Shown in pieces: positions 62,758 through 64,000 of a DNA stretch of 64,000 nucleotides. A model generated the notes under the pieces. The model did no database searches. It saw only the letters and a program-made list of their open reading frames with translations, and was not told where the DNA came from. Position numbers and translations under genes: made by a program. The number at the start of each line of letters is the position of its first letter. The stretch's first letter is position 1. This stretch comes from Coleofasciculus chthonoplastes F2-STO-03 (GTDB lineage: Bacteria; Cyanobacteriota; Cyanobacteriia; Cyanobacteriales; Coleofasciculaceae): positions 1 to 64,000 of the forward strand of contig JAVJWO010000069.1 of the NCBI GenBank assembly GCA_040222015.1. The letters run 5' to 3'.

Positions 62758-64000
62758 ATGGAATTAGATTTTTTGAGATTCTTTGACGCCTGTGATCCGA
62801 GTAAAACCCTCGCGATCGCGAATCCTGAAGATCGTCAGTATTATATTGATTTTGCCTCAGTTCGGGGTGGTAAGATTATTGAGGCATTGGCACGAACGAT
62901 TAGTTTACGTTCGCGTCTTAATCAACCGACTTGTCAGTTGTTTACGGGACATATTGGCTGTGGTAAATCTACGGAGTTACGCCGCTTACAAGCCGACTTA
63001 GAGGCACAAGGCTTTCATATTGTCTATTTTGAGTCTACTCAAGACTTGGATATGGCAGATGTGGATATTAGTGATATTTTATTGGCAATTATCCGTCAGG
63101 TGACGGAAAGTTTGGCAGACGTAGGAATTCAGCTTAGACCGAGGTATTTTGCCGATCGCTGGCAAGAAATGGTTGATTTTTTGCAGACACCACTGGAATT
63201 ATCTGCCGAAGGGAATTTGCCCCTACCAATGAAATTGGGCAAAATTACCGCTAAAACGAAAGCAAGTCCGAGTTTACGAAGTCGTTTACGTCAGTATCTA
63301 GAACCGCGCACCAGTGGAATTTTAGAGTCGTTAAACGAAGAAATTTTGGCACGGGCAAATCAAGAGTTGCAACGCCAAGGGAAGAAAGGATTAGTGGTAA
63401 TTGTTGATAATTTGGATCGGGTGGAAGATCGACGTAATGAGGGTGGACGCACGCAACCGGAATACTTATTTGTGGATCGTGGTGAACAGTTACGTCGGCT
63501 GAATTGTCATCTTGTCTATACTATTCCTTTAACGTTGATGTTCTCCAATGATTATCAGGCTTTAACGAATCGATTTGGCGGTGGGGTAGCGCCGAGAGTC
63601 TTACCCATGGTATCAGTGCGATCGCGCGATGGTAAGGATAATCTAGCCGGGATGGCTTTATTTCGGCAATTGGTATTAGCTAGGGCGTTTCCAGAGATAG
63701 AACCTGAAGCGCGACTCGATTTAGTCACACAGGTATTTGATAGTCCAGAAACCTTAGATCGATTATGTCGAATGAGTGGCGGTCATGTGCGAAACTTATT
63801 GGGGATAATTTATACCTGTCTCCAAGAAGAAGATACACCCTTATCACGAAATACAATAGAACGGGCGATTCGTAACTATCGGGATCGTTTAGTCTCGGCA
63901 ATTACTGATAATGAATGGGAATTACTAGCAGACGTGGTGAAACAACAAAATGTGAGTGGGGAGGAAGGACATGATACGCTTTTACGGAGTTTGTTTGTGT
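62758..64000 (+). CDS. P-loop ATPase, runs off the window end (missing from the ORF track)
   Basis: MELDFLRFF...YYIDFASVRG, GHIGCGKSTEL, VIVDNLDR, SGGHVR. Confidence 0.85.
   Translation, partial: MELDFLRFFDACDPSKTLAIANPEDRQYYIDFASVRGGKIIEALARTISLRSRLNQPTCQLFTGHIGCGKSTELRRLQADLEAQGFHIVYFESTQDLDMADVDISDILLAIIRQVTESLADVGIQLRPRYFADRWQEMVDFLQTPLELSAEGNLPLPMKLGKITAKTKASPSLRSRLRQYLEPRTSGILESLNEEILARANQELQRQGKKGLVVIVDNLDRVEDRRNEGGRTQPEYLFVDRGEQLRRLNCHLVYTIPLTLMFSNDYQALTNRFGGGVAPRVLPMVSVRSRDGKDNLAGMALFRQLVLARAFPEIEPEARLDLVTQVFDSPETLDRLCRMSGGHVRNLLGIIYTCLQEEDTPLSRNTIERAIRNYRDRLVSAITDNEWELLADVVKQQNVSGEEGHDTLLRSLFV

Noticed and set aside
62783..63001. 72-aa ORF from the track
   Set aside because: Out-of-frame overlap with the real ATPase starting at 62758.

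Overview
Chromosomal window from a filamentous cyanobacterium (abundant HIP1 GCGATCGC sites, STRR heptamer repeats, REP/MITE families; Oscillatoriales-like by inference). In order: a decayed kdp locus hit by IS200/IS605 remnants, including an orphan TnpB-type omega-RNA/right end; a light-harvesting/photoprotection supercluster (cpcG, ocp-frp, a KOW-less NusG-like ORF, pecBA-EF with no pecC, divergent from cpcBA-C2-C1-D-E-F); a ~15 kb accessory island (about 15.9-30.6 kb); then mostly core genes (two CBS histidine kinases, NupC, SUI1, a type II R-M pair, HerA, ftrV, hemW, speE, HtrA, atpD/atpC, PSRP-3, HAD, peptidoglycan hydrolase, partial ATPase). The island is the best candidate for a new system. 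It has Ssp/BREX-4-like phosphorothioation genes (DUF4007, P-loop ATPase, cysteine desulfurase) but no PAPS-reductase sspD and no sspE. It also carries an XRE-HTH-HNH nuclease with a divergent structured-leader cassette, cassette-variable Uma2 paralogues and a Bell/amyloid-like gene split by one in-frame TGA. All family assignments are by motif recognition, not database searches.
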